Positions 56,840 to 64,000 of a stretch of 64,000 nt of DNA are shown piece after piece (the first letter of the stretch is position 1; each line of letters opens with the position of its first letter). A program made the translations under genes and the position numbers. Source of the DNA: an uncultured Pseudomonadales bacterium (GTDB lineage Bacteria; Patescibacteriota; Microgenomatia; UBA1400; PJMF01); assembly GCA_964633875.1 (NCBI GenBank), contig CAZWKL010000001.1:117530-181529 (forward strand). Direction: 5' to 3'. The notes under the pieces were generated by a model that saw only the letters and a program-made list of their open reading frames with translations, was not told where the DNA came from and did not search any database.

Positions 56840-58384
56840 ATGCAAAAATATTTTTTGAGGGTCGGAAAGACAATCTCTGGTTTTACCATTTATGATTGGC
56901 TGGCTATTGGTCTGATAGCAATTGGCGCTTTTCTCAGACTGTACAACCTTGAGAACTCTCAGCAGTTTTTGGGTGATCAGGGTAGAGATTCGATGGTGGT
57001 TTCGCGCATTTTCAAGGAGGGAGATTTGGTTTTCATTGGCCCGGTGACCAGTGTTGGCAATATGTACTTGGGGCCGATTTATTATTATTTTATGCTGCCT
57101 TTTTTATGGCTGAGCTATCCCAGTCCTATGGGGCCAATTTATGCCATGGCAATTTTAGGAACGGTAACTATTGGCGTGTTGTATTGGGTGGGCAAGAAAA
57201 TGTTTGGTGAAAGGGCGGCGCTGGCGGCGACTCTAATGTTTACTTTTTCCAGTGCGGTAGTGGTGCATTCCAGGTTCAGCTGGAATCCCAACCCAGCGCC
57301 GCTGCCCTCAATTCTAATGTTCTATTTTATTTACCTTGCCTGGAAGAAAAGTTCAGTTTATTGGCTAGCGGCTGCAACCATGTTTAGTATTCTTTTGCAA
57401 CTTCACTATGTAGCCTTACTGGCAGGAGGAGTAATCGGTGTTATTTGGCTCACCTCTTTAATTCAGCAAATTCGCCAAAAAAAACCAATCAAAAAGTTGT
57501 TTCTTCATACCTTTGGCGCTGTCGCTATTGTGCTGTTGTTTTTTCTACCTCTCCTTTTGTTTGATCTGAAAAATAACTGGTTAAATTTTCAGGCTTTGCA
57601 AAATTTATTCACTGCTGAAGAAGCTTTTGAGGCCAGTCGTCCACCCGGAATCATCGATAAAACCATTGATATAGCCAGAGATTTTCGCAGTCGCGCTGCT
57701 TTGGTATTACTGAGCACTTATTTTGGGATGGTTAAAGCCAGAACCACTGTTTTAATATCAATTGTTGTGGCTGGAACGTTTTGGCTGAGCAAAAATCAAA
57801 AATCAAAAAAATTTGCCCCCACCTTGATTCTTTTGATCTATATTTTCATTACTATTCTAGGTTTGGCTTTTTATAATGGCAACGTTTACACCCACTATAT
57901 TTCATTTATTTTTCCCGCAGTCTTTCTTTTTTTTGGTGTGCTGTTTGATTATTTCATTAAGCTTAATAAATACTTAGGCTGGAGTATTTTTTTAGCCGTT
58001 ATGGCGGTGTTTTTGAGCTACAATCTCAACACAATGCCTTTTCAAGATGCTGGCTGGAAGTTGAGCGACATCAGCAGGACGGCTGATACCATTGCGGAAC
58101 GAGTAGAGCCTGGTGAAAGTTACAACATTGTGCTGCTTTCCGAAACTCAAGATTTGTACGGCCAAAATTATCGTTATTTTCTAACCACCAAAAAAGGTAA
58201 GGAACCGATCAACCCCGAACGTCCTGTAGAAACTAGCAAGTTGTTTATTATTAATGAACAAAAAGTGGCTGAGGACGTGGTCAATCTCCCTATCTACGAA
58301 ATTCAAATTTTTCCCAGCAAAGAACCGGTGGAAATTTATCAAGTGGAAGACGGCCCAGACATTTATGTGCTGGAAACGAAATAG
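56840..58384 (+). CDS. GT-C fold membrane glycosyltransferase (ArnT/PMT-family, COG1807-like)
   Basis: About 12 TM helices. Acidic first loop (GDQGRD) and overall GT83/39-like topology. A soluble C-terminal domain. Confidence 0.5.
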   Translation: MQKYFLRVGKTISGFTIYDWLAIGLIAIGAFLRLYNLENSQQFLGDQGRDSMVVSRIFKEGDLVFIGPVTSVGNMYLGPIYYYFMLPFLWLSYPSPMGPIYAMAILGTVTIGVLYWVGKKMFGERAALAATLMFTFSSAVVVHSRFSWNPNPAPLPSILMFYFIYLAWKKSSVYWLAAATMFSILLQLHYVALLAGGVIGVIWLTSLIQQIRQKKPIKKLFLHTFGAVAIVLLFFLPLLLFDLKNNWLNFQALQNLFTAEEAFEASRPPGIIDKTIDIARDFRSRAALVLLSTYFGMVKARTTVLISIVVAGTFWLSKNQKSKKFAPTLILLIYIFITILGLAFYNGNVYTHYISFIFPAVFLFFGVLFDYFIKLNKYLGWSIFLAVMAVFLSYNLNTMPFQDAGWKLSDISRTADTIAERVEPGESYNIVLLSETQDLYGQNYRYFLTTKKGKEPINPERPVETSKLFIINEQKVAEDVVNLPIYEIQIFPSKEPVEIYQVEDGPDIYVLETK

Positions 58385-58387
58385 TGT

Positions 58388-59170
58388 ATGATAAAAAACA
58401 TGAATCCCTATTTGTCTGTAGTAATCCCGTCTTATAACGAGAAACCCAACCTGGAAAAAGGGGTTTTAAATGAAGTTTTAGAGTACTTGCGCCGGCAAAA
58501 TTACCAGTGGGAAATTATCTTGAGTGATGATGGCTCAACTGATGGAACGCTGGAAGCGCTCCGCAAATTTGCTAAAGGCCAGCCTAATATCAAAGTTCAA
58601 GCTAATGTTCACGCAGGTAAAGCGCCCACAGTTAAAGCAGGCATGCTGGCTGCTTCTGGCCAATGGCGACTTTTTACCGATTTTGACCAATCCACACCCA
58701 TTAGCGAAGTAGAGAACCTGCTTGATTACGCCCGGCGCGGCTTTGATGTAGTCATTGGTTCCAGAGAGATGATTGGAGCCAAGCGCGACAAAGAGCCTTT
58801 TCACCGGCATTTAATGGGTCGAGGCTTCAACATTTTGGTGCAAATTTTGGCAGTACCCGGATTTTTGGATACTCAGTGCGGCTTTAAACTATTTTCCGCG
58901 GCGGCCACCGAAAAACTGTTTCACAGCCTTTATATTTACGGCGATCAAAAAGAGCGCAAAGATGCCTTTACTGGCGCTTTTGACGTGGAGTTGCTTTATT
59001 TAGCCAGAAAATTTAATTATAAAATTCGCGAAGTACCAATTTTTTGGAAACACAACGAAACCGATCGAGTCAGTCCAATTAAGGATTCGGTGCGGATGCT
59101 TCGTGACATTATGCGCATTAGAATTGCTGATATATCCGGAAAATATCATGAAAATGACAAAAGTCGTTAA
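58388..59170 (+). CDS. Family-2 glycosyltransferase (Dpm1/GtrB-like, soluble)
   Basis: VVIPSYNEKPNL...ILSDDGSTDGT...DFDQS motifs. 260 aa. Confidence 0.8.
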   Translation: MIKNMNPYLSVVIPSYNEKPNLEKGVLNEVLEYLRRQNYQWEIILSDDGSTDGTLEALRKFAKGQPNIKVQANVHAGKAPTVKAGMLAASGQWRLFTDFDQSTPISEVENLLDYARRGFDVVIGSREMIGAKRDKEPFHRHLMGRGFNILVQILAVPGFLDTQCGFKLFSAAATEKLFHSLYIYGDQKERKDAFTGAFDVELLYLARKFNYKIREVPIFWKHNETDRVSPIKDSVRMLRDIMRIRIADISGKYHENDKSR

Positions 59171-60410
59171 GTACGGATTTTTATATTTTATTGCTTTAGT
59201 TTTTTTCAGTCTTTTTTCTTATTCGTTGACCGATCCCAACTTGGTTTTGTTGAATCATCCCGGATATTGGCAGTTCCAGCAAATGATGTGGCAGACCTTT
59301 TTTGCAAATAGACAACTGTTGGCTGCCAGTTACTTGATTTTACTTACTTTTTTATTTGTCATTTATTTTTTCTTAATCAAAGCTCTGCGGGCAGTTCAGC
59401 AAAAAATTCCGCTTCATCGGCAAATTATTGTTTACTTTTTGCTTATTTCTCCGCTGGTGTTTGCTTATAACGCCCTCTCTCATGATGTTTTTAACTACAT
59501 CTTTAATGCCAGAATGATGGTTGAGTACGGCGCGGATCCGCACCTCCACACCGCCATTGAGTTCCCCAACGATCTCTGGACCAGATTTATGCATAATACT
59601 CACACCCCCGCGCCGTACGGTCGAGGCTGGACGCTGCTGTCACTACTGCCTTACAGCTTAGGGCTGGGCAAGTTTTTTCTAACCTGGTTGTCTTTCCGGT
59701 TTTTTGCCTTGATCAGCATCATCCTCACTTTTTTTGCTGTTCGTTTCTTTAGCTTGAAAGTATTGGGCAAAGAGCCAAAACTTTGGCTGCTGGCGGCCCT
59801 GTTTTTAAACCCGCTTTTGATTATTGAAGTGGGGGCCAACCAACACAATGACCTCTGGATGATGGCTCCGGCAGTTGCCGGTTTAGGAGCGCTGATTTTT
59901 GCTCTAAAACAAAAAAAGCCGAACTATCAATATTTAGTGGCTGGCTTATTACTTTGGGGAGTATCAATTTATCTCAAACTGGCAACCGTGGTTTTAGCTC
60001 CGCTAGTGATCGTGACCGTATTAATCTGGTATCTAAAAACCAAACTGGCCCGCAGTGATTTTTTATTGACAACGCTCAAATCATTTTTAGCTAAAATTTA
60101 CCCCTACTTTCCGGATCTGGCCGTTATTTTATTATTCATGCTGCTTTTCACCAACCGCTCACAACAGTTTCACCCCTGGTACTTACTATGGATTCTGCCT
60201 TGGTTGCCACTGGTTAAAACTGGCTTATTGAGAGTTTTAATCTTGATTTTTTCCGTTACTTCAATGTGGCGCTACTTGCCGTGGTTGCTCGAAGGCGGAT
60301 TTACTCCAGACGTTTTATGGCAACAGCGGGCAATTACTTGGATAGTGCCGCTAATTTACTTGCTCATCAAACTCAACTTCCGCTTTGCCAAGCATAAACT
60401 GGTAGAATAA
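59148..60410 (+). CDS. Integral membrane protein, possible GT-C-fold mannosyltransferase (DUF2029/GT87-like)
   Basis: About 11 TM helices and a conserved-looking HDVFNY...DPH loop. The start was set at the internal ATG 59148. Weak functional call. Confidence 0.4.
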   Translation: MKMTKVVKYGFLYFIALVFFSLFSYSLTDPNLVLLNHPGYWQFQQMMWQTFFANRQLLAASYLILLTFLFVIYFFLIKALRAVQQKIPLHRQIIVYFLLISPLVFAYNALSHDVFNYIFNARMMVEYGADPHLHTAIEFPNDLWTRFMHNTHTPAPYGRGWTLLSLLPYSLGLGKFFLTWLSFRFFALISIILTFFAVRFFSLKVLGKEPKLWLLAALFLNPLLIIEVGANQHNDLWMMAPAVAGLGALIFALKQKKPNYQYLVAGLLLWGVSIYLKLATVVLAPLVIVTVLIWYLKTKLARSDFLLTTLKSFLAKIYPYFPDLAVILLFMLLFTNRSQQFHPWYLLWILPWLPLVKTGLLRVLILIFSVTSMWRYLPWLLEGGFTPDVLWQQRAITWIVPLIYLLIKLNFRFAKHKLVE

Positions 60411-60414
60411 AGCT

Positions 60415-61953
60415 ATGCGTCGCCACGAAATTATTATCATAGGACTTTTAGGACTGTTTTACTTGGTAACACATTTGGCAAGCTTAGACTTGCTGCCGGT
60501 TTTTGCAGACGAAGGCATTTACATTCGCTGGGCGCAAATTATCATTGATGATCCGGGCAGGTATCTCTTTTTCGCTCTTAATGATGGTAAAACACCGCTG
60601 TTTATTTGGCTGATGGTGCCATTGCTAAAATATCTTGGTGATCCTCTCATTGCTGGTAGGCTGGCCTCGGTGTTGGTGGGATTGTTGCAGTTGCCGCTGT
60701 TTTATTTACTTCTCAAAGAATTAAAAGTCAATAATAAAATCGCCTATCTTGGTACTTTGCTGGTGACAATTTTGCCTTTTTGGTATTTCCATCATCGCTT
60801 GGCCTTGATGGACGGACTGTTGACTTTGGGCATGTCGCTAGCGCTGTGGGGCGCAATCAAGGCTTCAAGAGGAAAATTTCAATTAAAAACTGCCGCCATT
60901 GTTGGTTTGGGACTCGGATTGGCGTTGTGGAGTAAGTTGCCGGCTTTGTTGGCGACGCCAACACTTTTCGCTCCGGTAATATTTAAGCACCTTAACCACC
61001 TGAAAAAATCAATTCCGGGTTTGAAAACGGTAGCGTTGGGAACAGTGATTGGTTTGATTTTATTTTTGACTCTGGCTTTACAGCCCGCTTTTGGTCAGCT
61101 TTTTAATCGGGGAGGAGACTTTTTATATCCCTTTAGTGAAGTTTTCTTGAATGGTTTGTGGCAAGAGACCTTACCAAATGTGCCGACCTACATCAATTAC
61201 TTTATTGCTTACCTGACTCCGAGCTTGATGGTCTTAGCGTTAGCTGGCTTGTTTTTATCGTATCAGCGGGAGCGAACTCACGCGCTGTTTTGGAGCGGAG
61301 TGATTTTTTGTGCTCCCATCGCGCTTTTAGGCAAGGTTGTTTACCCTCGATATTTGTTTCCGGCGGCAATTTATTTTACTTTAGCAGCAGTTGTTTCCCT
61401 TGACGCCATTTATCACTCTTGGTTTGATGAGCAGCAAGCTTCGCGCGCTAAAGAAATTAAAACCAAGTTGTTGGTTGGTGTTATTACGGCTTTGCTTTTG
61501 GCCAACACTGTTGCCTCAAGCCTGAGCTTCATGATTTATAGCCTAACTGATGTGGAAAAAATGCCTTTGGTGGCGGCGGATACCTCTCAATATCTCACTA
61601 GTTGGTCATCCGGCCATGGTCTTAAAGAAACGGCGGCTATGATCAAAGATGAGGCGCGAAGTAATAGCCTGGCGGTAGCAACAGAAGGCTATTTTGGCAC
61701 GTTACCGGATGGCTTGTTGATGTACTTCCATGACGACTATCCCAATGTTGCTATTGACGGCATTGGTCAGCCGGTGAGCGGGATTCCTAGTGAGTTTCTT
61801 GAAAATGCCGCGCGTTATGACAAGATTTGGTTAGTGGTTAACAGTCACCGTCTGAATCTTAGTCTTCCTCACCAAAACAAAATTTACGAACACTGTCGCC
61901 CCTTGAATGCCCCTTGTCTTCAGGTTTGGGACATCACTGAAATTGAATTGTAG
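60415..61953 (+). CDS. GT-C fold membrane glycosyltransferase, GT39/GT83 (PMT_2/ArnT-like)
   Basis: First-loop FADEGIY (DE motif) and about 12 TM helices with a C-terminal soluble domain. Confidence 0.65.
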   Translation: MRRHEIIIIGLLGLFYLVTHLASLDLLPVFADEGIYIRWAQIIIDDPGRYLFFALNDGKTPLFIWLMVPLLKYLGDPLIAGRLASVLVGLLQLPLFYLLLKELKVNNKIAYLGTLLVTILPFWYFHHRLALMDGLLTLGMSLALWGAIKASRGKFQLKTAAIVGLGLGLALWSKLPALLATPTLFAPVIFKHLNHLKKSIPGLKTVALGTVIGLILFLTLALQPAFGQLFNRGGDFLYPFSEVFLNGLWQETLPNVPTYINYFIAYLTPSLMVLALAGLFLSYQRERTHALFWSGVIFCAPIALLGKVVYPRYLFPAAIYFTLAAVVSLDAIYHSWFDEQQASRAKEIKTKLLVGVITALLLANTVASSLSFMIYSLTDVEKMPLVAADTSQYLTSWSSGHGLKETAAMIKDEARSNSLAVATEGYFGTLPDGLLMYFHDDYPNVAIDGIGQPVSGIPSEFLENAARYDKIWLVVNSHRLNLSLPHQNKIYEHCRPLNAPCLQVWDITEIEL

Positions 61954-62042
61954 CTCTACATCAATCAATATCAAAATATTAATAATTTACCCAAATGCAA
62001 TTTTAATTTATAATCTCGCACGTATAATCTGCTCATTAGAAT

Positions 62043-62762
62043 ATGGAGGTGGTCAAGCGCTATTTGCGCTACTCAACACAGCTTGCTCATTGGTTTATCA
62101 AACAGCCTTTTAAAAATAAAAAGGTTGAGGCTATTTCTATGCTGCTTTCAAGCGATACTTTCCGTCACGCTTGCAAAACTCCTATGAGTGTCTTGCTCTG
62201 CAACCTCGAGTCGGCGATGGATACTGAAGCGAATAGGGAAATTTTTCGCAGCTCCTTTTTGGCAGCCAAAAATCTGAGCTTAATTCTGGGCAACTTGGAA
62301 AATCCCAAAGCCCAAAGCGGAGTAGTGTTTGATGTGGGAGAAACGATTAAACAAGTAGTGATTTTGGTTAATAGCAAATTTCCTGGTACTAAAATTGAGT
62401 ATAAGGTTCGGGAAGCTTTGATCACGGGAAACAAATTACTTTTTCAAGAGTCGATTCAATGTTTGCTAGTCAATGCCATTGAGGCGCAGATTGACGGAGT
62501 GAACGCCAGGCCGCTGGTGATTATTAGAGAGAGAATTATCAATCATGATTTACTCAGAATTGATGTCATTGACTTTGGTAAGGGCATGAGTTTAGCTGAA
62601 CTGCGCTTAGCCAGTTTGAGAGGGATTAGTTATAAAAAGTCCGGCACCGGTTTGGGCCTGTCTTTTGCTATTGAAGCGATCGAGCAAGTTTTCGGTGGTA
62701 AAATCTGCATTTCTTCAGCTGTGGGCATGGGTACCAGGATTAAAATGGAAATACCGATTTAA
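62043..62762 (+). CDS. Cytoplasmic histidine kinase (HisKA-like H-box + HATPase_c), no sensor/TM domain
   Basis: H-box RHACKTPMS. The N box and G boxes (DFGKGM, GTGLGLSF) of the HATPase are present. 239 aa, no TM. Confidence 0.65.
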   Translation: MEVVKRYLRYSTQLAHWFIKQPFKNKKVEAISMLLSSDTFRHACKTPMSVLLCNLESAMDTEANREIFRSSFLAAKNLSLILGNLENPKAQSGVVFDVGETIKQVVILVNSKFPGTKIEYKVREALITGNKLLFQESIQCLLVNAIEAQIDGVNARPLVIIRERIINHDLLRIDVIDFGKGMSLAELRLASLRGISYKKSGTGLGLSFAIEAIEQVFGGKICISSAVGMGTRIKMEIPI

Positions 62763-63433
62763 TAATTTTCGACTACAGAATAGCCAAAACCCCTAATGGT
62801 TTTGATAATTCCGGCGTATTCCTTGAGAATCACGCGAATTTTCCTGACATATGCATCAATAGTGGAGTGAGTAGGAAACCGCATTGATGAGCCCCAGATA
62901 CCTTCAATAATTTGTTCTCTGCTAATGATTTGATTTTTGCGCACCATTAAAAAGTGCAAGATTTCCGACTCCTTTTTTCTGAGCTGGCAAGTAAAACCAG
63001 GCGTGGTTACTAAGCCGGTATTTGGCGCCAAAACGATTTTTCCGGCAGAGATGGTTTGAGTATTATTAATTTTCTCTGAATGCAGCGCTTTTTGCACATA
63101 GAGCTTGAGCATTCTTTTGCTGAACGGTTTGGGTAGGTACAGATCGGCGCCATTTTTCAGTCCTTGCAGGCTATTTTCCAGATCACCAACCGTAGAAAGA
63201 ATGATAATTTTGGTGGGAAAACTGATGTCGTTGAGATACTCGGCAATTTCCAAGCCATCACCGTCATCCAGCAGCCGGTCAAGCAAAACTAAGTCAAACT
63301 TGGCTTTTTCTAACAAGTAGTAAGCAGCGTCTAAAGTGGCGGCGTGAAAAATTTCGGCCTCAAACTCTGACAGGATCATTTTTAACGTCTGGGCGAGGGT
63401 GGAATCATTCTCTACAATTAAGATTTTGTGCAT
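62759..63433 (-). CDS. OmpR-family response regulator (REC + winged-helix)
   Basis: REC motifs (ILIVEND, LDRLLDDGDG, KP) and a C-terminal trans_reg_C (RKIRVIL...IKTIRGFGY). The start was set at the internal ATG 63433; the TTG at 63454 is an alternative. Confidence 0.8.
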   Translation of the reverse strand: MHKILIVENDSTLAQTLKMILSEFEAEIFHAATLDAAYYLLEKAKFDLVLLDRLLDDGDGLEIAEYLNDISFPTKIIILSTVGDLENSLQGLKNGADLYLPKPFSKRMLKLYVQKALHSEKINNTQTISAGKIVLAPNTGLVTTPGFTCQLRKKESEILHFLMVRKNQIISREQIIEGIWGSSMRFPTHSTIDAYVRKIRVILKEYAGIIKTIRGFGYSVVENY

Positions 63434-63593
63434 GATTGGAATAATACTGATCAACCTTGCAAAAACAAGAGAAGAATGTAAGAATTTTTTTTGATATACT
63501 CTTTTCTTCGCTTAAATTTTCTCTCTCAAACCTAACTGAAAACGCCAGAACCTAGCTAAAAAGCAAAAATTTGATAAACTATACAGGTCATAA

Positions 63594-63664
63594 TCCCGAG
63601 TAGTGAAATGGCATCACAACAGGCTCTGAACTTGTTATTCTAGGTTCGAATCCTAGCTCGGGAT
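63594..63664 (+). tRNA. tRNA-Gln (anticodon CTG)
   Basis: Manual fold. Acceptor TCCCGAG/CTCGGGA with a U1:A72 pair typical of tRNA-Gln, D-stem GTGA/TCAC, anticodon stem ACAGG/CTTGT with loop CUCUGAA (CUG), T-stem CTAGG/CCTAG, T-loop TTCGAAT. Confidence 0.65.
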
Positions 63665-63796
63665 CAGTATCATTATATTTGTTGGTTTCCCAATGCAGAG
63701 CGGTTAGAATATGAGCATCAACAAACTATAGACTATCCTGTATGGTGATACTAATTTAAAAAAAATCTAAAAATAAATTAAGTAAGAAGCATTTTC

Positions 63797-64000
63797 ATGA
63801 AACTGATAAAAAGATTCTTGACCGCCCTTTTCATACTTGCCCTATCACTTTTTACTATAGGTCTAATTTATGAAAATTGGACCACTAGCAATGTTCTCAC
63901 ACCAAGCACTGATTTTAGCCATGAGATCAATACAAAAGCAGAAACGGAAGCAGAAACGGAAGCAGAAACGGAAGCAGAAACGGAAGCAGAAACGGAAGCA
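63797..64000 (+). CDS. Partial CDS (5' end): membrane-anchored protein with (AETE)n tandem repeats, continues beyond window
   Basis: ATG at 63797. An N-terminal TM helix (FLTALFILALSLFTIGLI) followed by the TEAE repeat encoded by a 12-bp tandem repeat. Truncated by the window edge. Confidence 0.45.
   Translation, partial: MKLIKRFLTALFILALSLFTIGLIYENWTTSNVLTPSTDFSHEINTKAETEAETEAETEAETEAETEA
63938..64000 (+). repeat. 12-bp perfect tandem repeat gcagaaacggaa, 5 or more copies, running off the window
   Basis: Seen directly: five complete identical copies at 63938-63997 plus a partial sixth at the window end. In frame within the partial CDS. Confidence 0.85.

Noticed and set aside
63938-64000. 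Possible CRISPR array at window end
   Set aside because: The repeat unit is only 12 bp with no spacers, so it is a perfect head-to-tail minisatellite in frame within a CDS, not repeat-spacer architecture. No cas genes in the window.

Overview
This is a gene-dense window with the gene content of a small Patescibacteria/CPR-type genome (inference from gene content only: split secD/secF, archaeal-type short AspRS, archaeal/ER-type SipW signal peptidase, many GT-C/PMT-like membrane glycosyltransferases; GC roughly 45-50%). Housekeeping genes: secG, rny, recA, a UvrD-nuclease fusion, tatD, metG, rmuC, sppA, frr, rseP, secD, secF, cca, recJ, aspS, a DacA-like carboxypeptidase, and three tRNAs (Pro-GGG, Glu-CTC, Gln-CTG). 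Two large cell-envelope glycosylation loci: 8.9-15.9 kb (GT39/PMT-like, UbiA/DPPR-synthase-like, WecA/MraY-like GT4, GT-C, processive GT2) and 52.4-62.0 kb (ugd, gmd, an Rmd-like reductase, a Dpm-synthase-GtrA fusion, GT2, three GT-C membrane proteins). Other modules: a copper-homeostasis cluster (ArsR-YHS regulator, copA, a cupredoxin-permease, copZ); a znuACB-like metal ABC transporter; an operon of a TasA/camelysin-like protein, SipW, and a second SipW-cognate secreted protein followed by a CAP-domain protein; and a two-component pair. The feature most worth a second look is an AT-rich (~34% GC) 510-aa gene at 47927-49459 whose C-terminal part carries a divergent RelA/SpoT-type (toxSAS-like) nucleotidyltransferase signature behind an unknown 330-aa N-terminal domain. 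Next to it sits a strong orphan bidirectional terminator and a T-box-like leader (T-box motif, antiterminator/terminator, GAC-A specifier candidate) in front of aspS. All calls come from reading the ORF translations and the sequence by eye; no searches were run.
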